Under the pieces are notes generated by a model. The model searched no databases, had not been told where the DNA came from, and saw only the letters and a program-made list of their open reading frames with translations. A stretch of 64,000 bases of DNA from assembly GCF_006345805.1 (NCBI RefSeq), contig NC_043008.1, forward strand, positions 46,500,001 to 46,564,000, read 5' to 3'. Source of the stretch: Octopus sinensis (taxonomy: Eukaryota). The translations under genes and the position numbers were made by a program. Positions 11,501-24,297 of the stretch are shown here, piece by piece (positions within the stretch are counted from its first letter, which is position 1; the number at the start of each line of letters is the position of its first letter).

Positions 11501-14500
11501 TCTGCAAATATTAAAAAAAACATCATTATTAAAAATTAATGCATATTTTAGTGTTTATATTGAAAAAGAACCCTCAAAGTGATAATGTTAAAAAATGCGA
11601 CAAAACTTTTAAACCTAATTATACACGATTATATTTCTATAAACTTGTTTTTAATTATCGCTGCTGAAGAGTGCGTTAATCATTAATTTTGTTATACATG
11701 AGCTATTATAGCAATTTCAATAAATTCAATTTTGAATATTAATTAATGATACGAACCCACTTTGTAAATAGTTTTACAAATAAAGTCGCATATTTGTGTG
11801 TTTATGCTACTCTTTTACATACGTTAACCTTTTCTACAGCACCGTATTTAGAAACTAAAAACACTCCCAGACTGAAACGTGGTGTTAGCAATTTCATTAA
11901 GCAATATGTATAAAAATGCTGTCACCCCAATCCCCTTATCACACAAAAAATAAGGTAACCCAAAGGAAAAAAATGAAATAATTCACCTAATAAAAGCATT
12001 ACTTGACTAAAAGTTTTGGCGCAGTTATTTTACGTAGATTCCCTGTATTTTATAGCACATGTTTTTCATCTGAATGTATGAAGAGCCCGTGATCCATGAA
12101 AACATCATCTACCCTCACAGTATAAACAAGCATACTGAGTGTGGACGAGGTAGATGTTTGGGCGTCGGGAGAAAGTACGATTCCAGAGAAGACTAACGAA
12201 AAATTATATATACAGAGAGACAGGCAGACAGATAAACATAGGCATATGAACTATAGTAAGAATCCTTGACTTCTTTAAAAACATCCCCGGCTTCCAGAAG
12301 GAGAGAGAACATCCAGTAGAGAGAATCTCATGTCTCAATACTTCTCCAAAGTTAACACTAAGAAAAAAAAAAATAGCGTAATTGATTGGAGATGAAGCAA
12401 AAACCTGAAATTGTCCGTTTTCAACTTCACTAGCGAAACCATTTAGATATGAACGAATCAAAGTAGAAAATATTAATCCCCAAGGTAATGTGCAAACTTT
12501 AAACAAAATGTAGGTAATTAAAATAACAGAACGGGTTGTGGCATGCCTTTGAACAACTTAAACAAACAGAGGGATGTAACACACCGTGTGACACAAGGTC
12601 TTGATTTATTAAGAGAATCCCAGCTGCACTTGAAAAAGAAGATAATTTCAGGATTGCAAGTTCCATTGAGTCGGCGTGTCACTAAGAATGAGGTACACAC
12701 ACACACATGGACAATTACACATATGCACACACGCATAATAGGAAGAGAAATAGAAAAGGTGAAAGAGAAAAAATAAAACATGGGTTGTAGTTTTTCTTTC
12801 GAGTATTTCTGAATGAATATTTTGCGGTTTAAATTGTTTTGATTCGATGCCATGAAGTGCATCCTAATTGGTGCATGTGGAAATAAGGTTATTTATAAAC
12901 ACACATATGTACACATGTATATGCGTGTGTGTGAGTTTCATATTTATACATAAATGAGGCGTTAATGTGTACCTGTGTATGTTATTAGACAATGGGAAAC
13001 GCATTTAGCAAAACACCACCTCGAATCACACCTTCTCAGCCCATAATTTCTAATTGCATTGTAATGGGGAATTTATGTTCTTCTAATATGAATATTTTTA
13101 TTGCCACCAAAGAACAACGCCCACATTTATTTTACGAAGGACACGCTATGGCGAAAATTCTACGAAGTGTTACGGAACATATAATGGAAATGTTGCTATG
13201 AATTATGTGTAATATATATCATGATGATGTTCTTTTTATACCGACTTAGTTACTGAATAGAAATCTCATGATCACTAACAGTAAACATTCCCTCCAATTT
13301 TCTAATAAGGACTACATTCTCCAATCTAATTTATTTGACGAATATACTTTCACCAACACTTAGCTGCTGTTTTCAGAAGATGGGGAGGCTGTATAAAAAC
13401 TGTTATCGGTATTGCATACATAACGTATGTAGAATGCAGAGACATGTTAAAATGAATTCATGGCAGTTTTTCATTAAATCGTTTATTAAATATTTAGTGA
13501 AAATATTGTCGATGGTATTGTACATAAGCTCTTTGCACAACAAATTATTAAACTATATTATTTATTCATGATTCAGTCGTGATAGAAATATTTATCTCCA
13601 GAAACGGTAGTTAACTGGAAATGACTTAAAATGTATTCATTAACATGCTTGGTTTAACGATATTTAATGAAATGTAGTTTGTCGTTCGTTGCGGCCGCGT
13701 TTATGATAAGAAACCGATGTTGCCGTGTTCTTAGTTTTTGTAGAACGACGCAACTGATAAACGATGTTTCTTTCTAATTGTTGCTGCAGCTATTGCGAAC
13801 TGAGATAAATATTTTCTTTTTGGAATATAACAAATTATCAATGATAAAATGAAGGAAACAAAACAAAAGTGTATGGAAACGTAATGTAGTCTTTTACATT
13901 TTCTAAGACATAAATATAACAAAACACGCGATCACTTTAATAAAGTGCTTCCACACTTCTATTGTCACATTAATTAGCATATTTACCCGATATATTTCAT
14001 AAAGAATCGTTCAGATTTGTTTGTTTGTTTTAATGCAAATTTATACAATGTAACATCCAGAAGATTACGCACGGTTTATCTGGATGCAATGATCTCGATT
14101 AAAATGTGTACAACAAAATAAGAGGAACTGAATTGATCAGTTTCAACAGGGGAGAAGATCTTTCTTTCTAGTCTTTCACATATTTTGAAAATATATTTGC
14201 ACCAACCTAAAAGGATTGTGTGAAGAAATGTACCTGAATTTATCTTGTTATAAGCGAAGGTCTGCTGATGCAATTAATTAAGAATATAATTATTTGCTCT
14301 TATACAAAATACTTAAACCCAAATATCAAATTAATTTCAAAATGGTCAAATGAATTTTATTTTAGCAAATTTTCAAATACAAATTAAAAATAATTTTGAA
14401 GTCGTCAGTTCGTGATAATGTTGGTGCGAAACCATTTTTTAAAGAATTTCTTGTTCTCCAAAACCAGTTTCCATCAGATTCGAAGGATATTGATCCAAAA

Positions 14501-14842
14501 CTTTAATCTTTAAGCAGTCAAGTGACCTTGAACGACATTATAGTAATTATTATAAATGCATAATAATAGATTTAAGAACTAAGAAGATATTTTGAAAATA
14601 TCAGTTTTCAACTAATAAACTATTCTATCTTTTTGATATTTGATTTTCAAACAGGAAGCACTTTATAATAACTCGTACAATAATTACTAAGTTTTATATT
14701 TGTAGCTTATATTCGTATTTCACTTATATTCTTTTTAAATATTTTTTCGACTTAGTCCAGTTCAGAACATTTGGTACAAGTTTTCTCTAAACATATTTTC
14801 AGCTAAAATTGATAAATGAACATAAATAACATAATGAAATAT

Positions 14843-16640
14843 AGTTCTACATTTAAGAGATGAGGAATTATGTATATTATTTACAGTATTTACATTCGAC
14901 GGATATTTGACGACGTTTCGGCTGATATACCCACCAGCTTTCTTCAAAATAAGAGTAGACGTACATCGTAAAGCAGTGACACGAAGAGATTTTGAACAAA
15001 TCGGGTATCATGTATGGAAAAATGGAGACCCCCCTCCTGTGGGATGAAGTTAAGATAATAGACAGAGAAGACCACTGGAAAATAGGAAAACTAAAAGAAG
15101 CAGCATATATATGCTAGGAGACAACAACTTGCTTAGAAGTCCGGTGCATATATGAGCAGAAAATGGGAACCGGTATTAAAGAAGGATAGAAAAATATTAG
15201 ATTTATCACCTCGATCACCTTGGTCGACCGCTGGTCACAGCACGCTGTCCACTCCTCTCTGTATCGAGACTTCCTCATCCACGTGGTCCCAATCGCCCTC
15301 CTAAAATCGTACCTCCACACGTGGAGGCCTTCCGAGTGGTCGTTTCCGGTAGCGTGGACACCACTCGACATCTGCGCGGGTCCACCGATTAGCGATGAGC
15401 CGAGCGACGTTTCCAGCCCATCTAAACTTGCTGTGTGTATATTCTACGATGACATCCCTCACGCCGGACTTCTGTATGATGACCTCACTACTGATGTGCT
15501 CTCTCAGCAAGATTCCAAGCATTGACCTTTCCATGGCTCTTTGAGCCGTTACCAGTCTCTGCTCTTCTCTCTTTGTTGTAGCCCATGTTTCATTACCATG
15601 TAACATTGCAGGTAGAACTGTGCTGTTGATGAGGTTGGCACGGGTGGTCCTGTTACCTGCCCTGAGCACATCTCTTATGCCATTATATGCCTTCCATCTG
15701 GCCCTTACACTCCATGAGATGTCCTTTTCGATGTATCGGCACATATTCACTTCCTGTTCCAAGTAGATATATTCCTTTACCTCCTCTATTTCATCACTGC
15801 CGACGACCATTCGACCTGATGCTACGTTGTCGGACCGCATGAACTTCGTTTTCTCGCGGTTCATCTTGAGACCTACTGCAGGGCTTTTGATGTCGAGCTC
15901 CGTCGGCATGGTCTGAAGCTGATCCGTGGTTTCAGCGATGATTACGATGTCATCAGCGAAACGGAGGTTGGTGAGTAGCTCGCCATTGATGTTGACACCG
16001 CCTTGCCAGCCGATGCCTCTGATGATCTGCTCGAGACATGCGGTGAAAAGTTTTGGAGAGATCTCATCTTCTTGCTTCACTCCCTTCTTGCCCGGTACTC
16101 GTACGGGTGATGACAGCAGAGCTATGTCGGTGGCACATCCGGAATTTGCCTCCCTGAGCAGCTGCACATATTGCGCCTCGACTCCTTGCCTCTGCAGCGA
16201 GTTGAGTACTGCGTTGATTTCGACGCTGTCGAAGGCCTTCTCATAGTCTACAAACGCAACGCAAAGAGGAAGCTTGTACTCATTCGCTCGCTCGAGCAGT
16301 TGTGTTAGAGTAAATATATGGTGCATCGTGCTGTAGTTTTACCGGAAGCCGGCTTCTTCCCTTCGTTGTTGTTCGTTGAGATGACGTGACAACCTGTTCA
16401 GAATTAGAATTAGATTTATAAGCCCTAAAATTCACTCCATAATTGCTCACGAGCATATGGCGTAGTGGTTAAGAGTTCGATTCCAAGCAATGACCTGAAC
16501 ACTAACAATAATAATGATAATAATAACATGGAAAAATACCTTAGGAATGAGGACCCAGTTTCGAAATTCTTCAAGACACCTGAAGAAGGCTGGAGGGCAT
16601 ATATCAGCTGAAATGTAAATAATGTAAATAATGTATAATG
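14843..16640 (+). mobile_element. Penelope/Poseidon-type PLE fragment: inverted pLTR, GIY-YIG C-terminus, RTE insertion, then 3' UTR with hammerhead
   Basis: 14946-15110 encodes KIRVDVHRKAV...HVWKNGDPLLWDEVKIIDREDHWKIGKLKEAA. Sense HHR at 16579-16616 reads CUGAAGA-A-GGCUG..CAGCU-GAAAUGU. A truncated inverted copy of the HHR and tail lies at 14843-14946. Confidence 0.8.
15207..16408 (-). mobile_element. RTE-clade non-LTR retrotransposon, 5'-truncated, with 11-bp target-site duplication
   Basis: ORF 15301-16326 is an RT (FVDYEKAFDSV, GVKQED.ISPKLF, LRFADD, RKRPLGRPP). ATTAGATTTAT occurs at 15196-15206 and 16409-16419. Confidence 0.93.
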
Positions 16641-17377
16641 AAATATATTAAAATGATATCACTCCCAGTCTTTGATGATTAGATAATGTACAGAGGAAAA
16701 ACTTTATTTCATGCGTTCATTTATATTGCAATTGAATTTTGCGCATGTTGCTTCTACGGCTTTGTTTTTCCAATTTCATAAGTTTGACTCGTGTCTTCAT
16801 TTCATGGCTTTTGCAGAGTTGTACTATTTTGTACAAGTGTTGAAGTGGTTTCTCCTTTATACTTATCAAAGCACCACATTTTTATAAGTCACATCGTACG
16901 AAAGTGATTAAATGATCAACAGATTTTTATAAAAAATTATAGTAAAGCTGACAGCGGTCCGGATTATCTAATATTTGGTACATTCTTTTCAATATTCGAG
17001 AAAATTTATAGAGTTTCTCTAAATTATAAAGGTTTATTGCATGCATTTTTGTTGAGGAAATGCTTTGTCGTTAACAATTTAACAATGTAAATATTATTCT
17101 GATGTGCTCAGTTGACCTCTAAATCTGATAATAACCCTGTTTGCTGGTCCGTTACTTGGCCCTTTGGTAGCATTTCAACGTGATCAGAGAAAAGGGAGAA
17201 AGAAAAGAAGGAGGGAGAGGTGATTAGCTGAAGGGAAGGGGAGGAGAAGGAAAAACGAGAGAATAAAGCGAAGAGTGAGAAAACAGAAGAAAGAAGAAGG
17301 GGAAGAGAAGCATCTATGACGTAAGGTAGAAGTAACGTAATACCTGTTAGGTGGTTGAAAAGTGTTAGTAGAAGTTC

Positions 17378-17433
17378 AATGATGATAGAGAGGGGGAGAG
17401 TTAACAATGATGATAGAGAGGGGGAGAGTTAAC
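17378..17433. repeat. 28-bp exact tandem duplication
   Basis: AATGATGATAGAGAGGGGGAGAGTTAAC occurs twice. Confidence 0.95.
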
Positions 17434-17672
17434 AGGTTTGGAGCCCTAGGCACCACGCAGTGGCGCCCAGTTCTGGCATTTGCGTAACTCTCGATGCCAA
17501 AGTTCAGGACACTTCCCTCCAGGATCTTCCAGATGTATATTATGGCATATCTTTCCCGCCTACGCTCCAGGGAATATAATTTTAATCTCTTGAGTCTTTC
17601 CCAGTAGCTTACATTCTGCATAGAGGCTATCTTCTTTGTGTAGCTTCGTTGGATCGCCTCAAGTTCTGTGAT

Positions 17673-17674
<2 letters not shown>
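17434..17674 (-). mobile_element. CR1/L2-like LINE RT C-terminal fragment
   Basis: [13 protein letters not shown]...[30 protein letters not shown]. Confidence 0.85.
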
Positions 17675-17756
<82 letters not shown>

Positions 17757-18415
17757 GCTATTAGTAGGGGCAAATTTCATAGCGGCTACGTAAATGTTAG
17801 GTAAGAGAGAATCATTGAAGCTTTGTGGGAGATGTCGGGATATTTATAACGTACGTTAATGTCTCAGTTGAAATATGAGAAACATGCATCGAAAGAAATA
17901 TAATTTATTCCAAAGAACGATTCTTTATGTCAAAGACAAAAGTATAAATAAAAGCTCCCAACCACCATAAACAATCTGTGTTGCCATATCTTCATTTGCT
18001 TTTTCCTCAGATTTTCTCTCAGATTTTGAATCCTCGTTGATTGTCTGGTTTCAGCCAATGGATTCATCATTACAGCAGATCATAGTCATAAGAGCATGTA
18101 TGTATAAATTTATACACACCTCCATGCAATGTAGAGACATACATATGAGAATATATTTTATGCATATAGGCATAGGTGTGTATGAATGTGTTTATACGTT
18201 TATATTTATGTATATATACATATGTATATATGTATATATGTATATATGTATATATGTATATATATAGTATATAACCACACACATATACACATATACATAC
18301 ACATCTATATCTATATGCATAAAAGTTATTTTCATATGTATGTTTCTACAGTGAGTGTGGGTGTGTATAAATATATACCTACATGTCCCTGCATATATGT
18401 GTGAGGGTGTATGAA

Positions 18416-18458
<43 letters not shown>

Positions 18459-18701
18459 GATCTTTAGTATTCATTGGTCGAATACGTAAACACAAACAGA
18501 GACTCACACATATTCTCACACTCAAAGCTATTTATATATGTCTATGTACACACATACATGCACTCACATTTAGATACATGCGCATAGATTCACGAACACA
18601 TGCGTATATACATACCCATATTTAGGTAACCACATATGCATATATGAAAATACATGTGTGTATATATATAATTACACCGATCAGCATGCACTTACACACT
18701 T

Positions 18702-18738
<37 letters not shown>

Positions 18739-19224
18739 AGCATATACATATATACATACTCTAATTATCTCTAACATTGTGTGCTGATTATCACACGATC
18801 ACTCCCACAGATGAATATATATATATACGCATATATATACACTTACACACATATATGCATATACACGTGCACATCTACACATATATTTATACAATTGCAT
18901 ACGTAGATAGACGCCTATGTATAATACGTTGATACAAATATGCACATATGTACACAGGTATGCATATATACATAACAGAGACACACTTGCATATCACCCG
19001 AGGAAACACAACTAGATTTCATTATGCAAACAGTTGCATAATGAAAAACCTGTAATCCTGGGAGAACTCTGTTCCGTCGAAACAATTGTAGCAAGAAATA
19101 AACAAACGTCCAAACTTGTTCCCTCTTCCTCACTGCAATTTCTTCAATTCTATAGTCGCACAGAGCAGACGACGAACTTTAAGCTTGGAAGTAATAATAC
19201 TACCAATAATTCTACCAATAATAA

Positions 19225-19241
19225 TGATGATAATAATAATA

Positions 19242-19289
<48 letters not shown>

Positions 19290-19300
19290 TAATAATAATA
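19225..19300. repeat. (AAT)n microsatellite
   Basis: Directly visible. Confidence 0.95.
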
Positions 19301-19364
19301 CCAATGCTAAGGGGTAATTTTGAAGGTGGACATGCTCTGTACTGTACGCATTCCTAATGTTATA

Positions 19365-19427
<63 letters not shown>

Positions 19428-20778
19428 ATATATATATGCGTACATACATTTGTACAATTTCTCATTATGTGTGTGTACCCGAATGATAAAAAGACACAAA
19501 AGTATCTTTTTAAATATCTCTAATGATTCGTTACAATCGTCTCTGCGCCAGTTCTACATGAAACACCAGTTTAGTCAAAAATTTGAAGTGAAAGTTTATG
19601 TAATGTAAATATATATGCGTGTGTCTTTGTGTATATATAGACAGATATACACTGGAATTCTACTTTAACATGCCATGGCCATCAGCAATTTAAATATAAT
19701 ACTCTGTACTAAACTCTAGTGGCAAACTGTTGTGAACGGAATGAAACCTTCCACAATTTATACGAATCAAAAGATATATGGAATGAAAAGATTCCATAAT
19801 ATATGGAATACAAAAGAAGGGGAGTTACGGAACCACATCAATTAGCATGCACCTCATTTGGCAATGCGACTTTAAACATCCAAAGTCAGACATTATATAT
19901 CTTCATATTGCACTTAACATGTAAGCTAAGGATGGCGATTTCGCAATTCCGGTTCTGTTGTCATTCAATTGATTCTATATATATAGACCAAATACAAACT
20001 CACACACACACATATATATATATAAGTTTTGCTATCAGGCTATATATTGTGAAATGGTCAATTATATTTCTGTCAGTTAGTGGCAGGTTTTATCGCCATC
20101 AAATACGTCTATTTTAACCTTTGAGTGTTTGTTAACTGCATCATATCGTATTCTTTCGTGAAATAAAAAGCTGTAATAATATATCTCATGAAGTCAATTA
20201 TAAAATATTATACATTCCAATGATACAATCATATAAACTTTGCATATATTAATACAAGAATATATTCCTTTACCATTTGTTTCTTCAGTGTCAATGAAAT
20301 TCATTCTGGTATCTGTATAAATGGTAAACATTCACAAAATAAGGACATTTCTAAATATATGGAAAACATGAGACGAGAACATCAATGGACACGAAAATAG
20401 TGGCTTTTACCTTGAGTATGTTCAATCTATAAAAGCACTCTATTAAACGAGTTCTATACTTACACATACACACACACGCACACATATACATGTGTGTGTA
20501 TGTGTATATATATATATATATATATATGCATATACATATGTATATATATGTTTATATATATTTGTGTGTGTGTATATATGTATATTTATATATGAATATA
20601 TATATATATGTGTGTATATATGTATATATATATATGTATATATATATATGTGTGTGTGTATATATGTATATATACACATATATGTTGTGTATATATGTAT
20701 ATATATACACATATATGTGTGTGTATATATGTATATATATACATATATATATGTGTATATATTTATATATATATTTTT

Positions 20779-20832
<54 letters not shown>

Positions 20833-21444
20833 CGAATGTAGGATAAAAACATTTTTATTCCAAAAAAATTTTTATCAATGGCCTGAATATTAAAAAATAT
20901 CTTTAAAGGTTAAATTCAAAAACAATTCATAAATAAGGGCAAACGAAAAAATTTTTTATGCCAAATATGCCGAAAAATTGGGCATATTGTACATTAAACA
21001 TATAATTTTTTCACAATACGCACGCTGCTCGAAAAAAGGTCGACAGAAATTTCTAAAAAATTCCATTATTACCATATCGGACCGATTTCAGGGTTAGCTC
21101 ATAAGAGCCCACCCTTCGCCAATGATAAATGTAGTGAAAGAAATAAATGAGATACTTACTCATACCCATGGAAGAAGCAAACACTAAATCATGAGCACAA
21201 TTAAGTACCCCAAATAATCCAAAATAGAAAGACTCCAGCCCATTCGAGACACGTGCGATTTGAACTGCGGCCCTCACAGAGTGAGAGAGTCCGGAAGTGA
21301 ACGCTGAAATTTATATCTAATGTAGGATAAATTTCTTTTTTCGAAACAAAATTTAATCAATGGCCAGCAGATTAAAATGCTGGCCATGTATGTATATATA
21401 TATATATATATATATTTACATGTATGTGTGTATATATTTATATG

Positions 21445-21523
<79 letters not shown>

Positions 21524-21671
21524 GTATGTATGTATATATATATATATTTATATGTATGTATGTATATATATATATATTTATATGTATGTATGTATATATA
21601 TATATTTATATGTATGTATGTATATATATATTTATATGTATGTATGTATATATATATTATATATATGTATG

Positions 21672-21703
<32 letters not shown>

Positions 21704-21999
21704 TGCTTAAACCATATTTGGTAGTAAGTTCAATGTGAAATAGCATTAAATCGAAGTTAATCTGAAATGCCCGATATGCATTGAAACTCGTGCAGTGACA
21801 AAGGAGAAATTATTAATAGTATTTTATTCTATGTAACACATTTCGTTTTGCTTATCTCCAAAATACATCGACATTCATACATAGACACACTTGGTCCCTC
21901 CGTGGAACAAACACCCCGCACACACAGACAAACACATTTGCGCATACACATATGCATACTCACACACACACACATATATAAATATATATATATATACAA

Positions 22000-22310
22000 T
22001 TAATTAAGGGTAGAAATTGATATTTATCAATTAAGACCAGTGGTCTAGCATATTAAAAAAGAATCCGAAGATTAAAATATTTATATATACCAGTTAAGGA
22101 CTGAACACGAAAAGTGGACAGTCAACATCCTAGATATAGACGTCAAATCGCCATTCACCACAAAAGATTATGTTCTCAGATCAAACTCAACACAAAACCA
22201 TGGTTTTGTGTTGAGTTTGATCTGAGAACATAATCTTTTGTGGTGAATGGCGATTTGACGTCTATATCTAGCATGTTGACTGTCCACTTTTCGTGTTCAG
22301 TCCTAATTGG

Positions 22311-22318
<8 letters not shown>
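22000..22318. repeat. Loop-free palindrome with arms of about 118 bp (centre 22200/22201) and an extended left arm
   Basis: ...CACAAAACCA|TGGTTTTGTG... with very few mismatches. The left extension resembles repeat ends at about 9595-9665 and 32570-32640. Confidence 0.9.
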
Positions 22319-22344
<26 letters not shown>

Positions 22345-22348
22345 TATG

Positions 22349-22426
<78 letters not shown>

Positions 22427-22430
22427 ATAT

Positions 22431-24297
22431 ACGAGAAAGAAGCAACAAGAATGGATTAGTTTTTAGTACAATTGTTTCATACAAAGACAGGCTTTATTAC
22501 TTTCAAGTAAGATCTGGGAACTCAAAAATAATAACAGGAATTATAACCTTAATTGGGAAATAGTTAGGAGAGCAATGCCGTATAAAAATAACAGGGTTGG
22601 TTGCCAACTCTGCTCCATGGAGACCTATGAAATTCTAAGGCATAGAAAAAATAGAGGTTTGTTAACTAACCATATTGAAGCAGGTCAAGTTTGTGTCCAC
22701 GCTAAATTGAAGACTCTAAAATATTTTAAATGAATAACTGTATAGAATAATCGTAACAAGATAGATAGATAGATATAGCTTGGTTTTTACTAGTATAGCA
22801 TTACTTTAATTTTTAAGTAGATAACTGCGAGTTCTCACACTATAGTTATCTTTTTCTTTATAACTGCACCTGATTTTGAGCACAAGGAAATAAATAGTAC
22901 TTGTACGTTGCTTAAATGAAGTTTTATTTAATTTTGAATCTTAATTTTGAATTTTGAATTTTGAATTTAATCTAATTTAGGTAACACAACTTTAATAAAA
23001 TAAGTTACTTAGGCTTCATAATTATATTACAAAATTAAATAAGTAAGGCTACTCCCTTGAAAATAGTATGAGAAATTTCAATATAATAGACAATACCATC
23101 ACACCTTGTAAACTAACTTCTAAGTTTTGACCTGTAATCTGTCAATGTATAGATAGTAACGGCAACAATTTAAGACAGTAACAGGAATAAATAAATAAAT
23201 AAATTTAAATGACCTCTTGTTAGGATTGCACTTAGATTTTTTCTCTTAATGTATTCCCTTTTGATGATAGCCTTTGACCCCTCTACCCCTGACCTTGTTA
23301 TCTCTTTAGATTCTCTTTAGATTCATATCTGCTTTCAACTACGTCAGGTTGGCAATAAATAGCTGTTTTACTGGTCAAAAATAATATTCTCCTTATAGTT
23401 CCTGGATTCTTGCAAATTCAAGCCAGCCAGGCCGTCTACAAATTCTTCTGTGTAGTAGGTCACTTTAGAACCCCTTTCCCTCTAAGTTGTCACAGTATAC
23501 TCTATGTGGGCGTTTTTCTTTTCTCCCTTCTTTCCCTTTTTTCTTTTCCCTTTTTTCCTTTTCTTTTTCTTTTTTCTTTTCTTCTCCCCTTTTTTCTTTT
23601 TTCTTTTCCTTTTCTCTTTTTTCCTTTTTCTTTTTTCTTTTTCCTTTTCCTTGTCTCTTTTCTTCTCTTTCCTTTCTTTTCTTTTCTTTGCTCCACAAAA
23701 ATTCCTTCAGCCTTTAGAAGTAATAACTTAGCAGTCTTGTGAAGAGAACAGTAATGTGGCAAATACCTTATCATATAGCATGAAATGATACCCACCTCAT
23801 TGTGGATTAACCATGGATAAATTCATCGTCTGTGAGTATGAAATTCCTCCTCATATCTCTGGAAATTTACATCTACACTACGGATTAATTCACCTTCTCT
23901 GTGAAGCTAATAAGTTTTTTTAAAAACCTGTGATAAGACTGTGCATCATCATTAAAGAACTTCGGAAAGCTGTTTACAACCTAAATCTGCTTTTAATGAA
24001 ATTATCTCCAATACTTCATGAGTATAGCCTCACCCACTAAGATGTTTGGAGAACTCATATGTATTTTAGCTGATGAGTACGGGACACTTTTATCTGTTGC
24101 AATTTTTGCAACTTTTAATAAGGCCTGTCTTTGTATGAAACAATTGTACTAAAAACTAATCCATTCTTGTTGCTTCTTTCTCGTTTATAATCACCCCACA
24201 TTACTGTATGGTTAACACCATATAGCTTTCTGGTGCATCTAAGTTAAGTACCGCATTCAAGTAAATTCATTAGAATTGACTTGTATCTTAATTGCTT
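22431..24297 (+). mobile_element. Penelope-like element copy B: 69-bp inverted arm, GIY-YIG C-terminus, 3' UTR and hammerhead
   Basis: 22500-22733 encodes LSSKIWELKNN...GCQLCSMETYEIL...CVHAKLKTLKYFK*. The UTR aligns with copy D. 22431-22499 is the reverse complement of 24116-24184. (TA)n on both sides. Confidence 0.92.
24064..24154 (+). ncRNA. Type I hammerhead ribozyme, intact core, extended stem II (copy B)
   Basis: UUUUAG-CUGAUGA-GUAC GGGAC...GUAU-GAAAC-AAUU-GUA-CUAAAA. Confidence 0.88.

Noticed and set aside
12255-12300. RILDFFKNIPGF resembles the nuclear-receptor LBD signature
   Set aside because: The L..DQ..LL continuation is missing and there is no convincing splice context.
12531-12690. 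Possible plus-strand exon (PLNNLNKQRD...VTKNE then GTACAC)
   Set aside because: Weak acceptor and donor and no recognisable domain. RNA-seq would be needed.
21075-21112. Minus-strand CUUAUGA..GAAA hammerhead-like string
   Set aside because: Core is mutated and stems are poor.
23840-23875. CTGTGAGTATGAAA in the PLE UTR module as a second ribozyme
   Set aside because: A6 is missing and there is no stem I/III with an NUH site.
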